Made by a program: the position numbers and the translations under genes. DNA of 64,000 nt. Source: Malacoraja senta. Its lineage: Eukaryota. Under the pieces are notes generated by a model. The model did not search any database. It saw only the letters and a list, made by a program, of their open reading frames with translations, and was not told where the DNA came from. Every line of letters starts with the position of its first letter. Position 1 is the stretch's first letter. This document shows positions 11,351 through 23,699 of this stretch, piece after piece. The stretch is taken from the NCBI GenBank assembly GCA_038087875.1, contig CM075981.1, positions 34,844,001 to 34,908,000 on the forward strand. Reading direction: 5' to 3'.

Positions 11351-12721
11351 AGTGACAGTGGCTGTGTTTAATGAGGCATTTAGACAGACACTTAAATAGA
11401 TAAAGTATGGAAGGAGATGGTCCTAATGCAGACAAATAGGATTAGTGTAGATTGGCAAAGAGGTTTGGCATGGATGTGGGAGGTCAAATTGGCGTGCGAT
11501 ACTAAATGATCGAATGACACTAAGATAGTAACCAAGTTCAAGGGGAAAAGAGATCAAGATAAAGCAGATGGGGATACGTCAGGAATGTTGGTGAGCTGGA
11601 AAAGACTCATGGAGTTACTCCATTCCCTCTGCACTTGGGGCAGGTGGGATATTCCTGAGAGTAAAGGATATCATTCACAGGGGACAGTGAACAAAGCAAA
11701 GCTGTCACATCCGAAACAAAAACACTTATACTACTATTACTGTAGTAGTACGATCGAGACAAATTAGATGCTATTAAGTTTATTAAGGCCAGAACCAGTG
11801 ATGGAGATCATTATGTGTTGTAGGATTATTTGATCTGGCACTTTCAGAGATGTTCACAGTCACTTATTTGATGTAGGTTGGCATAGGCAAGATGGGCCAA
11901 AATGCCTTTTACTCTGCTACATCACTCTATTTGCAGCCAGGCGCCAAAATAAATGCTTAATGACAGTCTAAAGACAATGGCTGGAAGCAGCAGCTTTCTG
12001 ACCCTTGTAGACTGGGATTGTTTGGTTTGCAGGCCGGCAAGCAAAAGCCTTCAAGACAAGCTGCTTGGCATATTGGAGGGGGTGAGCAGAATAGCCATGG
12101 CATGGAAACTCTTTTGAAGAATGTGAAAGCGTTTTGCTCTGCTCACAAGCATAAGGTGCAGGCTGGGAGCAAGTCCCCAGTGTTGGCAATGGCAGCACAA
12201 TCTTCTTTGCAGACGCTTCCTAGAGATTTTGGTCTCCAGAGATGGGATCTCTGGAAGTCACGTGGGTACAACAGTGGCAGACCTTGCTATGGTCACTGCA
12301 GAAGCCATGCGGCCCGAACGCACAATGCCCCTCTGTTTTAGTTATCACTGAACAGGGCATATTGCACATGTGCGCAAGTCCCACAAGAAGGTAACTGCAG
12401 AGGGTGGTCCCCACTTGACCGAGATAGCGGCAAGAAAAGGTATGGATGGTCTGCCTTTGGAAGACCATCCATACCCTGAAATTGGAAAGCAGTCCTACAG
12501 AGGGAGTTTCAAGGAAGAATATACCATGTTTCTTGAAATGCAGGGATTTGTAGTGATGACTGTTGCAGTCTTTGATTGCAAGAGTTGTGTATTACTTGTT
12601 GCAAGCTTGGACGGACTGATATTGATTCAGACATATTGAAGCCAAGATGCAGAAAAAGAGGCTGAGATCCATGGTGGTAAGTGACAGGCATCGCAAACCT
12701 CTCAGAAAGAACAGCAAACAG

Positions 12722-12862
12722 TTCAGTCTGAAGAAGGGTCTCAACCCGAAACGTCACCCATTCCTTTTCATCAGAGATGCCATGCCTGTCCCGCTCAGTT
12801 ATTCCAGCTTTTTGTGTCTTTCTTCGGTTTAAACCAGCATCTGCAGTTCCTTCCTACACATT
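12722..12862 (+). mobile_element. Penelope terminal repeat with a hammerhead-ribozyme core
   Basis: cagt-CTGAAGA-a-gggt-ctca-accc-GAAACGTC-accc at 12724-12759. Confidence 0.75.
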
Positions 12863-13048
12863 CCTAAACTGTTCAGATGTTGGGTTCAAACCCAGTTTGG
12901 TGCCCCATACTCCCAGTTCCCTCTTCCTTTACTTTCTCCTAGCCCAGGCCTAAAGGTCCCCAACATTGATTGATTTCTGTTTTCCACAGAAAATCTGGTC
13001 AATGTTTCCAGCTTATTTTCGTACTTGTCGTCAGATTTCCAGCCAGAT

Positions 13049-13358
13049 CCGTTTCGTTTCGGTTATACAGCGTGGAAACAGGCCCTTCGACCCACCGAGT
13101 CCGTGCCAAATTGCAATCCGCGCACATTAACACTATCCTCCTCACACGAGGGACAGTTTACAATGTTACCAAGGCAATTAGCCTACAAACCTATTTGTCT
13201 TTGGAGTGTGGGAGGAAACTGGAGCACTCGGAGAAAGCCCATGCGGGTCACTGGGAGAACGTACAAACTCCATACACACAGCACCCATTGTCAGGATGGA
13301 ACCCAGGTCTCTGACGCTGTAAGGCAGCAACTCTACTGCTGTGCCACTGTGCCACCCT
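13049..13358 (-). mobile_element. HE1-type SINE
   Basis: Full-length reverse-complement match to 6495-6810. Confidence 0.85.
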
Positions 13359-14018
13359 GATATGGTGCTCCTGTGGTAAATGTGGCTTTCCCTGTAGCCT
13401 ACACCCAGTGAGAATCCTGCTGCTTCATTCTCAGCTGTCGCATGAAAATTCTTAGACACAGAGCAACTGTAGGGCAATAAAAGCATAATATATGCCGGTG
13501 TCTAGCAACCAGCTGAAAGGAAATGTGGAAGTGACAGTGGAGATGGGTATTTATAGGAGGGGAGATTGATTGTAAATAGTTAACATAGTGCATCCCTGCT
13601 GTTCTCCATATCAATGTAAAAAGATAATCCATTCGATTCCACTGATCCCTGAGCCAAACAGTGTTGAGTATGGACAACTTGTAGGATCTGATACCCGGCA
13701 ACAGGGTGATTCACCACACTCAGACTTTGCAGAAGGTCAGAAGAAGGGTGTGTGGAACGAAAGCAGGGAACATCTTCTGCAGCCATAAGCAAATGCCACA
13801 GTATTGATGCAGGTATCCCAAAAGTGCAGAGAACTGGCAGTGCTGAAAGTTAAAAGTTGTTTGTAACCGTAAACAAGATGAATAGTCATGCAGTGGATGT
13901 GTGACATTTTTAGATTTAGTCCAATTCCATACAATAAATAAACACATTTTATTTGCATTTGTCAATTGTTTCAGCAGAAATAAGAGAATAAGGTGTCATT
14001 AGGAGTCAAGGCAAGTTG

Positions 14019-14203
14019 AATTGCAGATGCTGGTTTATACCAAAGATAGACATAAAATGATGGAGTAACTCAGCTGGTCAGGCAGCATCTCTGGAGAAAA
14101 TGGATAGGTGACGTTTCAGGTTGGGACCCTTCTTCAGACCATCTATCCATTTTATCCAGAGATGCTGCCTGACCCGCTGAATTACTCCACCATTTTGAGT
14201 CTA
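14019..14203. mobile_element. Penelope terminal-repeat fold-back element
   Basis: gagtaactcagctggtcaggcagcatctctgga is followed by its reverse complement tccagagatgctgcctgacccgctgaattactc. Confidence 0.75.
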
Positions 14204-14615
14204 ACAATGAAAATCTTGCTTGTAGCAGCATCGCAGGCACAGAGTCTCAGACAGCACACAAAAACATAAATGATACTTACATTTATAAACGTCACTCTGC
14301 AGTTTGGGAGGACTGGTTGTCAAAGGCCAGAACTGTCTTGTGGCACAATGTGGCCAATCTGTAGATTAATAAGTTACTTCAGTTACTCATTTGTCCATTG
14401 GCGGGTTACATGCGAGTACCTATAGGAAGTCCATTTACTTGCTCAAAGAGTTTCGTACTTGATTGTTGGAACCGATTGCAATGCCCAGCTGGCAGGGATT
14501 GAACTTGAGATGGCTTGTCCAGGTTGTTCATGGAAATGTTAGGCTAGCAGGGATGTGCTAAACATTACACCAGCAATACTGCACTAATTGGTGAGTCCCC
14601 AGTTATCGGCCACTG

Positions 14616-14955
14616 TAGTTTAGTTTAGTTTATTGTCACATGCACCGAGGTACAATGAAAAGCTTTTGTTGCATGCTATCCAGTCAGCAGAAAGACAATA
14701 CATGATTACAATCGAGCCAATTACAGTGTACAGATACATGATTGGGGAATAACTTTCAGTGCAATGTAAAGTCAGCAAAGTCCGATCAAGGAACGTCTGA
14801 GGGTCACCAAAGAGGTAGATAGTAGTTCAGCACTGCTCACTGGTTGTGGTAGGATGATTCAGTTGCCTGATAACAGCTGGGAAGAAACTGTCCCTGAATC
14901 TGGAGGTGTGCATTTCCACACTTCTTTACCTGTTACCTAATGGGAGAGGGGAGAA
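14616..14955 (-). mobile_element. LINE 3'-end fragment (Rex1/L2-type tail)
   Basis: (gttta)n then tttattgtcacatg...ggtacaatgaaaagc; the same tail type occurs at 17770, 15500 and 18610. Confidence 0.55.
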
Positions 14956-15579
14956 CAGTCCTTCATAGATGCTAGATAATAGACTATAGCCTCTCAGCAG
15001 CCGTCTCTCAGTGAAGGCAGACCCTGATGATGAAAGGATGACCAAGGACGGTAGGGCTGTGTGGGAGGCCTGGTTAGTCCACTGCACAACTGAGAAACCT
15101 GACTGAAGAGGGAAGTCGCCGAGCCCAGCCCCTGAGCACCAGAGAACCGGAGAGGAGGCTGGGGGGAGTCGGCCATGACAATCGCAAGAACAAAGGGCTG
15201 GTGAAAGGAACAGGGCTCTTACCTTCCTCACCCTCAAGGTCGGCTGCAAGTGGCGCCCCTGGGGCTCGAAGGCTGAATGGTGGCCTGGCGAGGAGAGGGA
15301 CAATGGCTCGCTGGGTGATCTGGATGGAGATGATGGCTGCAACAAGACTTTGTCAGCTGTAGCTTGGACTTTGAAAATGGCACCAAACCTGGCGAGTCTT
15401 GTATATGGTCTCAGTCAGTTAGCTATTTCTATACACGTTGTATTTGATCTGGGATTGTGCTTATGGTATAGTAATAATTTATTAACTATGCAAAAAAACA
15501 GAATTTCACTGTACCTCGCTACATGTGATAAGAAAGTAGCAATGAACCATTGAAATCTACCACCACTTTCAATGAGCAG

Positions 15580-15680
15580 TGTGTGTGTGCATGTGTATGT
15601 GTCTCAGTGTGCGTGTGCATGTGTATGTGTCTCAGTGTGTGTGTACATGTGTATGTGTCTCCGTGTGTGTGTACATGCAT
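15580..15680. repeat. (GT)-rich minisatellite, ~3.5 x 28 bp
   Basis: Unit gtgtgtgtgcatgtgtatgtgtctca. Confidence 0.8.
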
Positions 15681-16142
15681 GGTTCATTTATAGTTGATTT
15701 AGTTAATTGATAAAAATGTATTTGAAGATCGAGACCACAGATCTGAAATGAACTAATGTTCTACTGGGCAGCAGTGATCCCTGCCCTGCTCCATGCTTCT
15801 GAGACCTGGAATATACACAGCAGGCATCTCAAAACAGATATGCTCTGTTATGAATGAATGAATAAGTTTATTGGCCAACAATTCACATACAAGGAATTTG
15901 CCTTGGTGCTCCGCCCGTAAGTGACAACATGACATACAGTGACAGTTAGGAATGAATTAGCAGGGAATGGGATGGATAACAGTTATGGGAAGGAATTAGC
16001 AGGAAACAGTGGAAAAGATTCAAGATTACAAACTACCCAGTCACTATTTCCCATTGCCACCTCCTGCCCCATCTGGGGAAGAGTCTCTGGCTCTTACATT
16101 GACCTCAAAACCTGCAGAACCAGAATGGAAGCAAACCAAAGA

Positions 16143-16436
16143 CTTTAGATTTGAGATGCAGTGGGAAACAGGCCCTTCGGCCCACCGAGTCTGCGCTGAC
16201 CAACGATCACCCGTAATAATTGTTGTCGTACACACCAGGGACAATTTACAGAAGCCAATTAACCTACAAATCTGTACGCCTTTGGAGTGTGGGAGGAAAC
16301 CGGAGCACCCGGAGAAAACCCACATGGTCACGAGAAGAACGTACACACTCCGTACAGACAGTACCCATAGCCAGGATCGAACCTGGGTATCTGGTACTGT
16401 GAGGCACCAACTCTACTGCTGCGCCACCGTGCTGCC
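16143..16436 (-). mobile_element. HE1-type SINE
   Basis: Reverse-complement match to the family, head ...ctgcgccaccgtgctgccc. Confidence 0.85.
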
Positions 16437-19085
16437 CTTCTTGATTCTACTGGACTGCCTGACATAATGTTCCTTTGCATATCCAGACTTCAGTTTACAT
16501 TTCCAACTCTGCTGATTTTAACCACAGCTAATTTATATGTTCGTACAGATGTTCATGGATCAGCTCTAGGTCTCAAGGGTGAAAGCATAACCTGACTCAT
16601 TTTTACTGAAGGTTACACTCTTTCACTTCTGGCTCGTTATTCAGGGCAACTCCTCCCTTTTTTCCAGGCTTTTATGAGCAACCACATCACAAAAAAGTTG
16701 GATCACTGTTTTTGTTCCCTTTCCTAATTCAGGAGACCAAGAGGAATTCTGTCCCTGATTTGTGTATTGGCCTTTATAACTTTTTTTAAAATTCTGATTA
16801 TTCTGATTATATGTTAACCATAAATCTCTGTAAGGTGTCCTTGAGACCTCGGTATAAGGCGCCCATAAATAAAATTCATTATTATTATTATTATTATGAT
16901 AACTAGATGCTTGATCAGCACAGAGCCAGTGTTAAACCTGAGCTCTTGTATTATTAGATAGATACGGTCCAATGGTCATTACATTGCTCTGGATGGAATC
17001 CCCAATTAGACTTGCCAAATTGAACTCGTATTTCAGTGATGAAGTAGGTTGGAGATGAATCTCGATAGAGTTTCACTAGCAACGAGCGTTTACAGTCCCA
17101 GCTTGTCACCAACGGCTATAGACAGGGTTTCTAAAATTGGAATTGGATCATAGACCATGCACTCATACACCATGGAAACAGACCCTTTAGTCCAACACTT
17201 CCATGGCGACCAAGATACCCCATTTCAGCTAGTCTTATTCGCCTGCATTTGCCCCATATCCCACTAAACCGATCCTATCCATGTACCTGTCCAGATTGTA
17301 CCTGATTTATAATCAACTAGATTATAAAATAGAAAATAAAATAGTTGGATCTGCCTTATGTATCAATATATCACTGGCCAATGTTAAAGGCTTACTGAAA
17401 GTATATGTACACAGAGTAATAAAATGGGAATTAGGATCCGGGCAAAAGTTTGTTTGCACAACTCCACAAAGTTTATTGAATGGATAAACTACTGGAATTG
17501 TCCAAAATTCACACCATCACCAGCAAGGCGTGTTCTTTCAGCGATTTATCTCCTATCAGGAGCACCTAACTTAGCCTGCTGCATCTCGATGGGCCCCATT
17601 GTTCAACAATGGAGGATAGAGTTTCTCCATTGGACTATGGCGGACTATCTTTGATCAGACGTTACTGGACTTTATTTTGCACTAAATGTTAATCCCTTTA
17701 TCGTGTATTTGGATGACTCGATTGTAATCATACATTGTCTTACCACTGACTGGTTAACAAGCAACAAAGGCTTTTCACTGTACCTCGGTACGTGACAATA
17801 TCTAAACTAAACTAAACTAAAGATTGCCACTGTTCTAGACCTACCTGTCCAGGGCCTTCTGATCCCATGGGGCCACTCTTCCTCCCTGTCCCCTCCTCAT
17901 CATTGTAGCTCGCATTCACTCAGTAGCAATACTCCCCAGTAACCTGCAGAGCGTTGCTTGCATCATGGCCTACGTCTTTATGGTCTTCCCCATGGAGATC
18001 CCTCCTGCTGGAGATCATTTCTGCAGAACCTGCAACATGTCTATTGGGAATGCAAGTTGGAATTGACAATGGTGTTCTGCAAACCTTGCTCTTGTAGCAT
18101 CTGTTCTTCTCGCTGCTCACACTAACAGCACCCGAGTGAGTCACAGAGCATGGATTGGTGCCAAGGGCGTGATATAGTACTGGATGTACCGATTTAAAGC
18201 TGGGATGAATAAATTACCTGTCAACACCTGTCTTCATTTACCAGTTGGGTTTTGCATGGAATTTACAGCAGTTGGTGGATTAAAAATTCAATGAGCAAGT
18301 AGCAAGAGTGTTTGTGTTATGCAGTAACTAAGGACACATGGGGCAAAACCGAGAGGGAGAAGAGCAAAACTAGAGATGGCATCTCCAGACAGTGATACAA
18401 AGACTTCTGGAATATTTCAGAGGCTATATTACAGTTATGCTACTCAACTAGCAACCAGAGTTCTGGACCATTCGTACAGGGTCATGAGTTCATGGCAGCT
18501 GGGCAAATAAAGTGAAGTATTAAAGTAAATCTGGATTATATTTCTTAAGCAACGCCCGACTCAACAATATATGTACGGCAATCATTTTACTGAACTGTAT
18601 GCACAAAAATAAGAATTTCACTGTACCTTGCTAGATGTGATAATGAAGAACCATTAAACCATTGAACCATTCATTAACCATGATTGTGTCATTTTATCTG
18701 AAAGACCACTTTGCTTCATGAATGTCCTGGGAAGGAAATCTACCATTCTTGTCTGGTGAGGCTTGTAGGGGCCCATCACATATGGCTGACATTTAATTGT
18801 TCAGATCAGGAGCAATTAGTGATGGATAATAAATGTTGGTGTTGCTACAGGTGTCCACATCATGTGAATGAATAAATAAAGAACATTGCTCAATGTGGCA
18901 GTGAACCAGCATGGTCATATTCAGGGTCAATCCACAGTCCTAACTATTCCCATGTACGGCACAATAATGCCACAATGGATCCTTTTGGCCAGAGAGAGGG
19001 GAAATTAAACTGTGAACCATGGAAGCAAGGAGCCAGGGAATCCATTTGCAATGAGCAAGTAGTTCCTGCAGGTACATGAGAAATT

Positions 19086-19520
19086 TAGTTTAGTTTAGTT
19101 TAAGGATACAGCACAGAAACAGGCCTCTCGGCCCACTGAGTCTGCGCAGACCAGCGATCCCCGTACACTAGCAACACCCTACACAATAGGGACAATTTAC
19201 AAATTTTACCAAAGCCAAATTAACCTACAAACCTGTAGGAAGGAACTGCAGATGCCTGATTAAACCAAAGATAGACACAAAAAGCTGGAGTATCTCAGCG
19301 GGTCAGACACCATCTCTGGAGAAAAGGAAGAGGTGACTTTTCGGGTGGAGACACTCTCAGTCTGAAGATGGGTCTCGGCCTGAAACGTCACTTATTTATT
19401 TTCTCCAGAGATGCTGCCTGACCCACTGAGTTACTCCAGCCTTTTGTGTCAACCTACAAACCTGTACGTATTTGGAGTGTGGGAGGAACCAGAGCACCCG
19501 GGGAAGACCCACGCCATCCC
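19086..19520 (-). mobile_element. HE1-type SINE interrupted by a Penelope fold-back element (~19235-19450)
   Basis: SINE sequence aacctacaaacctgt appears on both sides of the inverted PLE pair. Confidence 0.75.
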
Positions 19521-19657
19521 ATTTGTACGTCCAATACAACCCTACATCACACATCTTTCACAACATAACCACACTACATTAAGAGCATTGCTGAAGAAAG
19601 TAGACACAATTAATAGCAATGACCATGACTGGAACCTCCTGAGACAACTAATTTTTA

Positions 19658-19935
19658 GTTTAATTTAGTTTATGGAAACAGGCCCTTTGGCCCACCCAGT
19701 CCGCACCAACCATCGATCACCCCTTCACATCGGTTCTACGTAATTACACTTTCTCATCCATGAAGGGCAATTTACAGAGGCAATTAACCTGCACGTCTTT
19801 GCAGGAAACTGGAGCACCTGGTAGAAATCCATGGGGTCTCAGGGAGAGCATGCAAACTCCACATAGATAACACCTGAGGTCAGGATTAAACCCGGGCGTC
19901 TGGCACTAGGAGACTGTGCCAGAGTGCCACTTTGT
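19658..19935 (-). mobile_element. HE1-type SINE (diverged)
   Basis: Reverse-complement family match. Confidence 0.7.
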
Positions 19936-20159
19936 CATTGAGAGAGATGCGACACAGGAGCAGGAAGCCTCAGTAATCATCATTGCCGAAAGCTTTATCA
20001 TTTTTTTGATAACTGTAAATTGCCCTTAGTATGTAGGTGAGCGTTAGAATTGAGAGAAAGTAAGACACAACTTTTGCATGTGGCCCCTTTTCAAATGGAT
20101 TTCTTTCTCCGTGAGTTAAATGAATATAGATGTGTTGGGGAGAAAAGATAAGGTGAGGG

Positions 20160-20350
20160 TTAGGGAAGGCCATCTGTGATTGATGGGACTACTGGTGATG
20201 ACTGAGCTGCAGTTTATTTTGGGCTGGTAGTCCTCTCCTCCCTTGCTCCCTTATTTGGTTCCTGAGGTATTTTAATGCGGCGGGAATTTCTCCCTCACTC
20301 AGTACTGAGCTGCCACCAGTCTGTGCACAACACATTGACCTTGTCGAGCA
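20160..20350 (+). promoter_or_regulatory. Candidate APOBEC2 proximal promoter / 5'UTR with muscle-type motifs
   Basis: E-box CATCTG 20171-20176, perfect CArG CCTTATTTGG 20249-20258, AT-rich MEF2/TATA-like GGTATTTTAA 20266-20275, NF-kB-like GGGAATTTCT 20282-20291, all within 200 bp of the ATG. Confidence 0.55.
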
Positions 20351-20463
20351 ATGGCCGAGAAGAAGGCTGAAGAAGCGACCTCGCAGATTAACAATGAGGA
20401 AACAGCAGAGGGCCAAGAAAATGCTGAAGACATTGACCTGGGGCCTTTTGTAATAGTCTTTGG
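20351..20463 (+). CDS. APOBEC2: APOBEC2 coding exon 1 (acidic N-terminus MAEKKAEEATSQINNEETAEGQENAEDIDLGPFVIVFG)
   Basis: ATG at 20351; donor GG|gtaagt; phase 2 joins exon 2 in frame; PFVIVFG resembles mammalian PPFEIVTG at the same exon boundary; missed by the ORF track. Confidence 0.88.
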
Positions 20464-20570
20464 GTAAGTGTCGAACTCTTTGCATTTGGTGCACTGCACC
20501 CTAACATCGAGATTCTAATGCCGACTAACTACATGTTTGTGAAAAGTGCTAAAAGCTGTAAAACCTAATC

Positions 20571-20921
20571 TGTAGCAAGGAACCGCAGATGCTGGTTTAC
20601 ACCGAAGATAGACACAAAATGCTGGAGCAACTCAGCGCGACAGGCAGCATCTCTGGATAAAAGGAATGGGTGATGCTTTGGGTCGAGACCCATCTTCAGG
20701 CTGAGAATTAGGGGACAGGGAAACGAGAGATATGGGAGGTAAAGTGTGAAAACGAGACACCAAAGGAGAAGAAGGGGAAAAGACTCTACATGTTCCTTGA
20801 ATTTCGTCCCCTTTGATCACTCAGTCTGAAGAAGGGTCTCGACCCGAAACGTCACTCATTCCTTCTATCCAGAGATGTTGCCTGTCCCACTGAGTTACTC
20901 CAGCATTTTGTCTCTATTTCC
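20571..20921. mobile_element. Penelope fold-back element in APOBEC2 intron 1, with a plus-strand hammerhead core at 20826-20853
   Basis: Inverted arms of ~130 bp; tcagt-CTGAAGA-a-gggt-ctcg-accc-GAAACGTC-actc. Confidence 0.8.
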
Positions 20922-21279
20922 CGTAAAACCTAGGCTGCGCCTAAGGTATTTTAAGATTCTTTTAAAAGTCTTTTAAGATTCTTTCAGTTTAAGATTCTTG
21001 CACAGGTAATCCACCGCTATCACATTGCCAACTCGACTATCATCCTTCTTTCCTATCTCAATATCAACTGCACCTATACCCTCACGATCAGCCTCATTGG
21101 TTGGATTGCCCCACTCGCTTCCTCCCTCAGCAACTGCATTACTGGTGTCTATATTGTGTTGACATGTTGGGAAAGAGGAAAACTTAGATACAAATCTGAC
21201 CAAAAACAGCTATAGGTTGAATGACCACTCCTACAGTATTGATTAAAAAAAGGATAATGTAAATAGTTGATATTTAGCC

Positions 21280-21910
21280 AGGATGTCACAGTGGTGCAGT
21301 TGGAAGACTTACTACCTCACAGCTGGTAGAGACCGGGCTCGATCCTGACCTTGTGTGGAGTTTACATCTTCTCCCTTTGACTGCATGGGATTCCTTCAGG
21401 TGCTCCAGTTTCCTCCTGCATCCTAAAGATGTGCGGATTTGTAGGTTAATAGGTTTCTGTAACTTGTTCCTAGTGTGAAAGGAGTAGAAACGAGAGTGGG
21501 ATAGCACGGAAATAGTATGAGCAGGTGATTGATGGACGGCGTGGACCCAGTGGGCTGTTTCCGTGCTGCATCTTATAATTCAATCAATTATCATAGTCAC
21601 AGCTTCACCCAGGAGTATTAATGAGCCGATGGTCCATTGCGTCCGTCCTGACATCAACACCCATTTACAGTAATCCCATGTTATTCTTCCCACATTCCAA
21701 TCAATTCCGCCCACGCTACACACAATCTATAGAGGCAAATCAATTGACTAACCTGCACGTTTTAGGAAGGTGGGAGGAAACTAGACCATCTTCTGGTAAA
21801 CTGCAGGGAGCATACAGTATGTAAACTCCATATAGGCAGCATCAGAGGTCAGGATTGAACCTGGGTTTCATGGAGTTGTGAGTCAGCAGCTTTACCAGCT
21901 GTGTTGCTCA
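21280..21910. mobile_element. Two HE1-type SINEs tail to tail (21280-21575 +, 21620-21910 -)
   Basis: Family matches in opposite orientations. Confidence 0.7.
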
Positions 21911-22732
21911 GCCATTCCTATATTCTATAATAAATAGAAAAAAAATATGATCTAAGATCATGAAGCTGCAGGGAAAGTTAATCACTGACAAGCAGAAAAA
22001 AAGAATTCAGATTGCATGTGATACATGTATTAAATCAAGAGCATTACAAGCCCAGCTTCATTTAGGTAATATAAGTGAGTGAATTTCGATCAGTCAAATT
22101 TGGCATCTATTTCAGAATGGGTAGTAACTGCATTAAAACCAACACCATCTATTCATTCTCTAATAACACCAATCTTGAAGTATCTTCGTATGTCTGTAGG
22201 ATGGACTTTCTGTTATTATTTATTTTCTAAGTATGACATAGGTCAGTTTAGTGAGCAAGCACAGCTCGCCTGCCAAAAGCTCTTACAAGGACACGCTGCC
22301 TCAGAATTCATCAGTCTGTGATGGGCATGTTCTGTGATGTTCTGACACATCCTGCCAATTGGAGAAACTCACAGCAGGAGCATTTATTTAGGAAAAATGG
22401 CCTCACAGAGTATATCAGAGTATGTAGTGTTACATAAATGTTGAATGTACACAGACACCAGTGACCTAGATATATACACACATATGTAATATTGTATACG
22501 TCTCCTATCATTAATTTTATCTTAAGTATTCTGAAAGATGTCATCACTGCTATGAAAGGGCTATCTTTCTGTAATGCAATACATGTTTGAGCAGGTATAA
22601 ATATATGTACTGAGGGAAATTTAGGTCACAGCCTTTTTGGACAATCGCCATAATGATAGATTACAGTAATACAGGTTTCAGGCTTTCACTCACTTGCACA
22701 TTCTGAGCAACATTGTTCATTGTGTGTGTTGG

Positions 22733-22890
22733 NNNNNNNNNNNNNNNNNNNNNNNNNNNNNNNNNNNNNNNNNNNNNNNNNNNNNNNNNNNNNNNNNNNN
22801 NNNNNNNNNNNNNNNNNNNNNNNNNNNNNNNNNNNNNNNNNNNNNNNNNNNNNNNNNNNNNNNNNNNNNNNNNNNNNNNNNNNNNNNNNN
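22733..22890. other. Assembly gap (158 N) in APOBEC2 intron 1
   Basis: Run of N. Confidence 1.
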
Positions 22891-22892
22891 TT

Positions 22893-23180
22893 GAGTGTCA
22901 GTTCCACAGCTGGTGGAGCTGCTGCCTCGCGGCATCAAAGACCCAGGTTCAATCCTGACCTTGGTTGCTGGCTGTGTGAAGTTGCACGTTCTCCCTGTGA
23001 CTGCACGGGTTTCGTCTGAGTGATATCTGGTTTCCCCACATCCCTAAATGTGCAGATTGTAGGTTAATTGTCCTCTATAAAATTGTCCCTAGTATGTAGG
23101 GAGTGGTTGCCAAAATGAGATATAGAACTAGTGAACGTTTGATCCATAGTCGGCATGGACTCGGTAGGCCAAAGGGCTTA
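22893..23180 (+). mobile_element. HE1-type SINE
   Basis: B box ggttcaatcc and family body. Confidence 0.75.
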
Positions 23181-23699
23181 GAGTCATAGATTCATAGAGT
23201 GATACAATGTGGAAAGAGGCCTTTCAGCCCAACCTGCTTTCACCGGCCAACATGTCCCAGCTACACTAGTCCCACCTGCCCGCATTTGGTCTATATCCCT
23301 CCAAACCTGCCCTATCCATATACCTGTCTGTTTCTTAAATGTTGGGGAAATACCTGCCTCAACTACCTAGCATTATCTGAAAAAGTTACCCCTCAGATTG
23401 CTATTACATTTTTTCCCCTTCGCCTTAAATCTATGTCCTCTGGCTTGTTTCCTGGCATGCTGCATCTTTCAATCAATGTGTCAGTATGTTCAAATAAATA
23501 TTGAATATTAAATTAATATTTGAATATTAAATAGGGACGCAAGAAACACGAAATGCTGGAAGTTTGAGCATAAAACAATATTCTGGAGGAATGGAGTGTG
23601 TCAGGCAGCATCTGTGGAGCGAATGAAAAGATTACGCTTTGGGTCGGGACCCTCCTAGACTGAATATTGAACAGGCCTGAATTTGACTTGTTCTTAAAG

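Noticed and set aside
17424-17654. ORF with PKFTPSP, faintly like TSPO (a neighbour in mammals)
   Set aside because: Only a few residues match, with no flanking Trp motif or supporting exons.
17900-18150. Unique segment with a donor-like ga|gtgagt as a host exon
   Set aside because: No frame gives a recognisable protein and I found no convincing acceptor.
22686-23019. ORFs spanning the N run
   Set aside because: Artefacts of the assembly gap.
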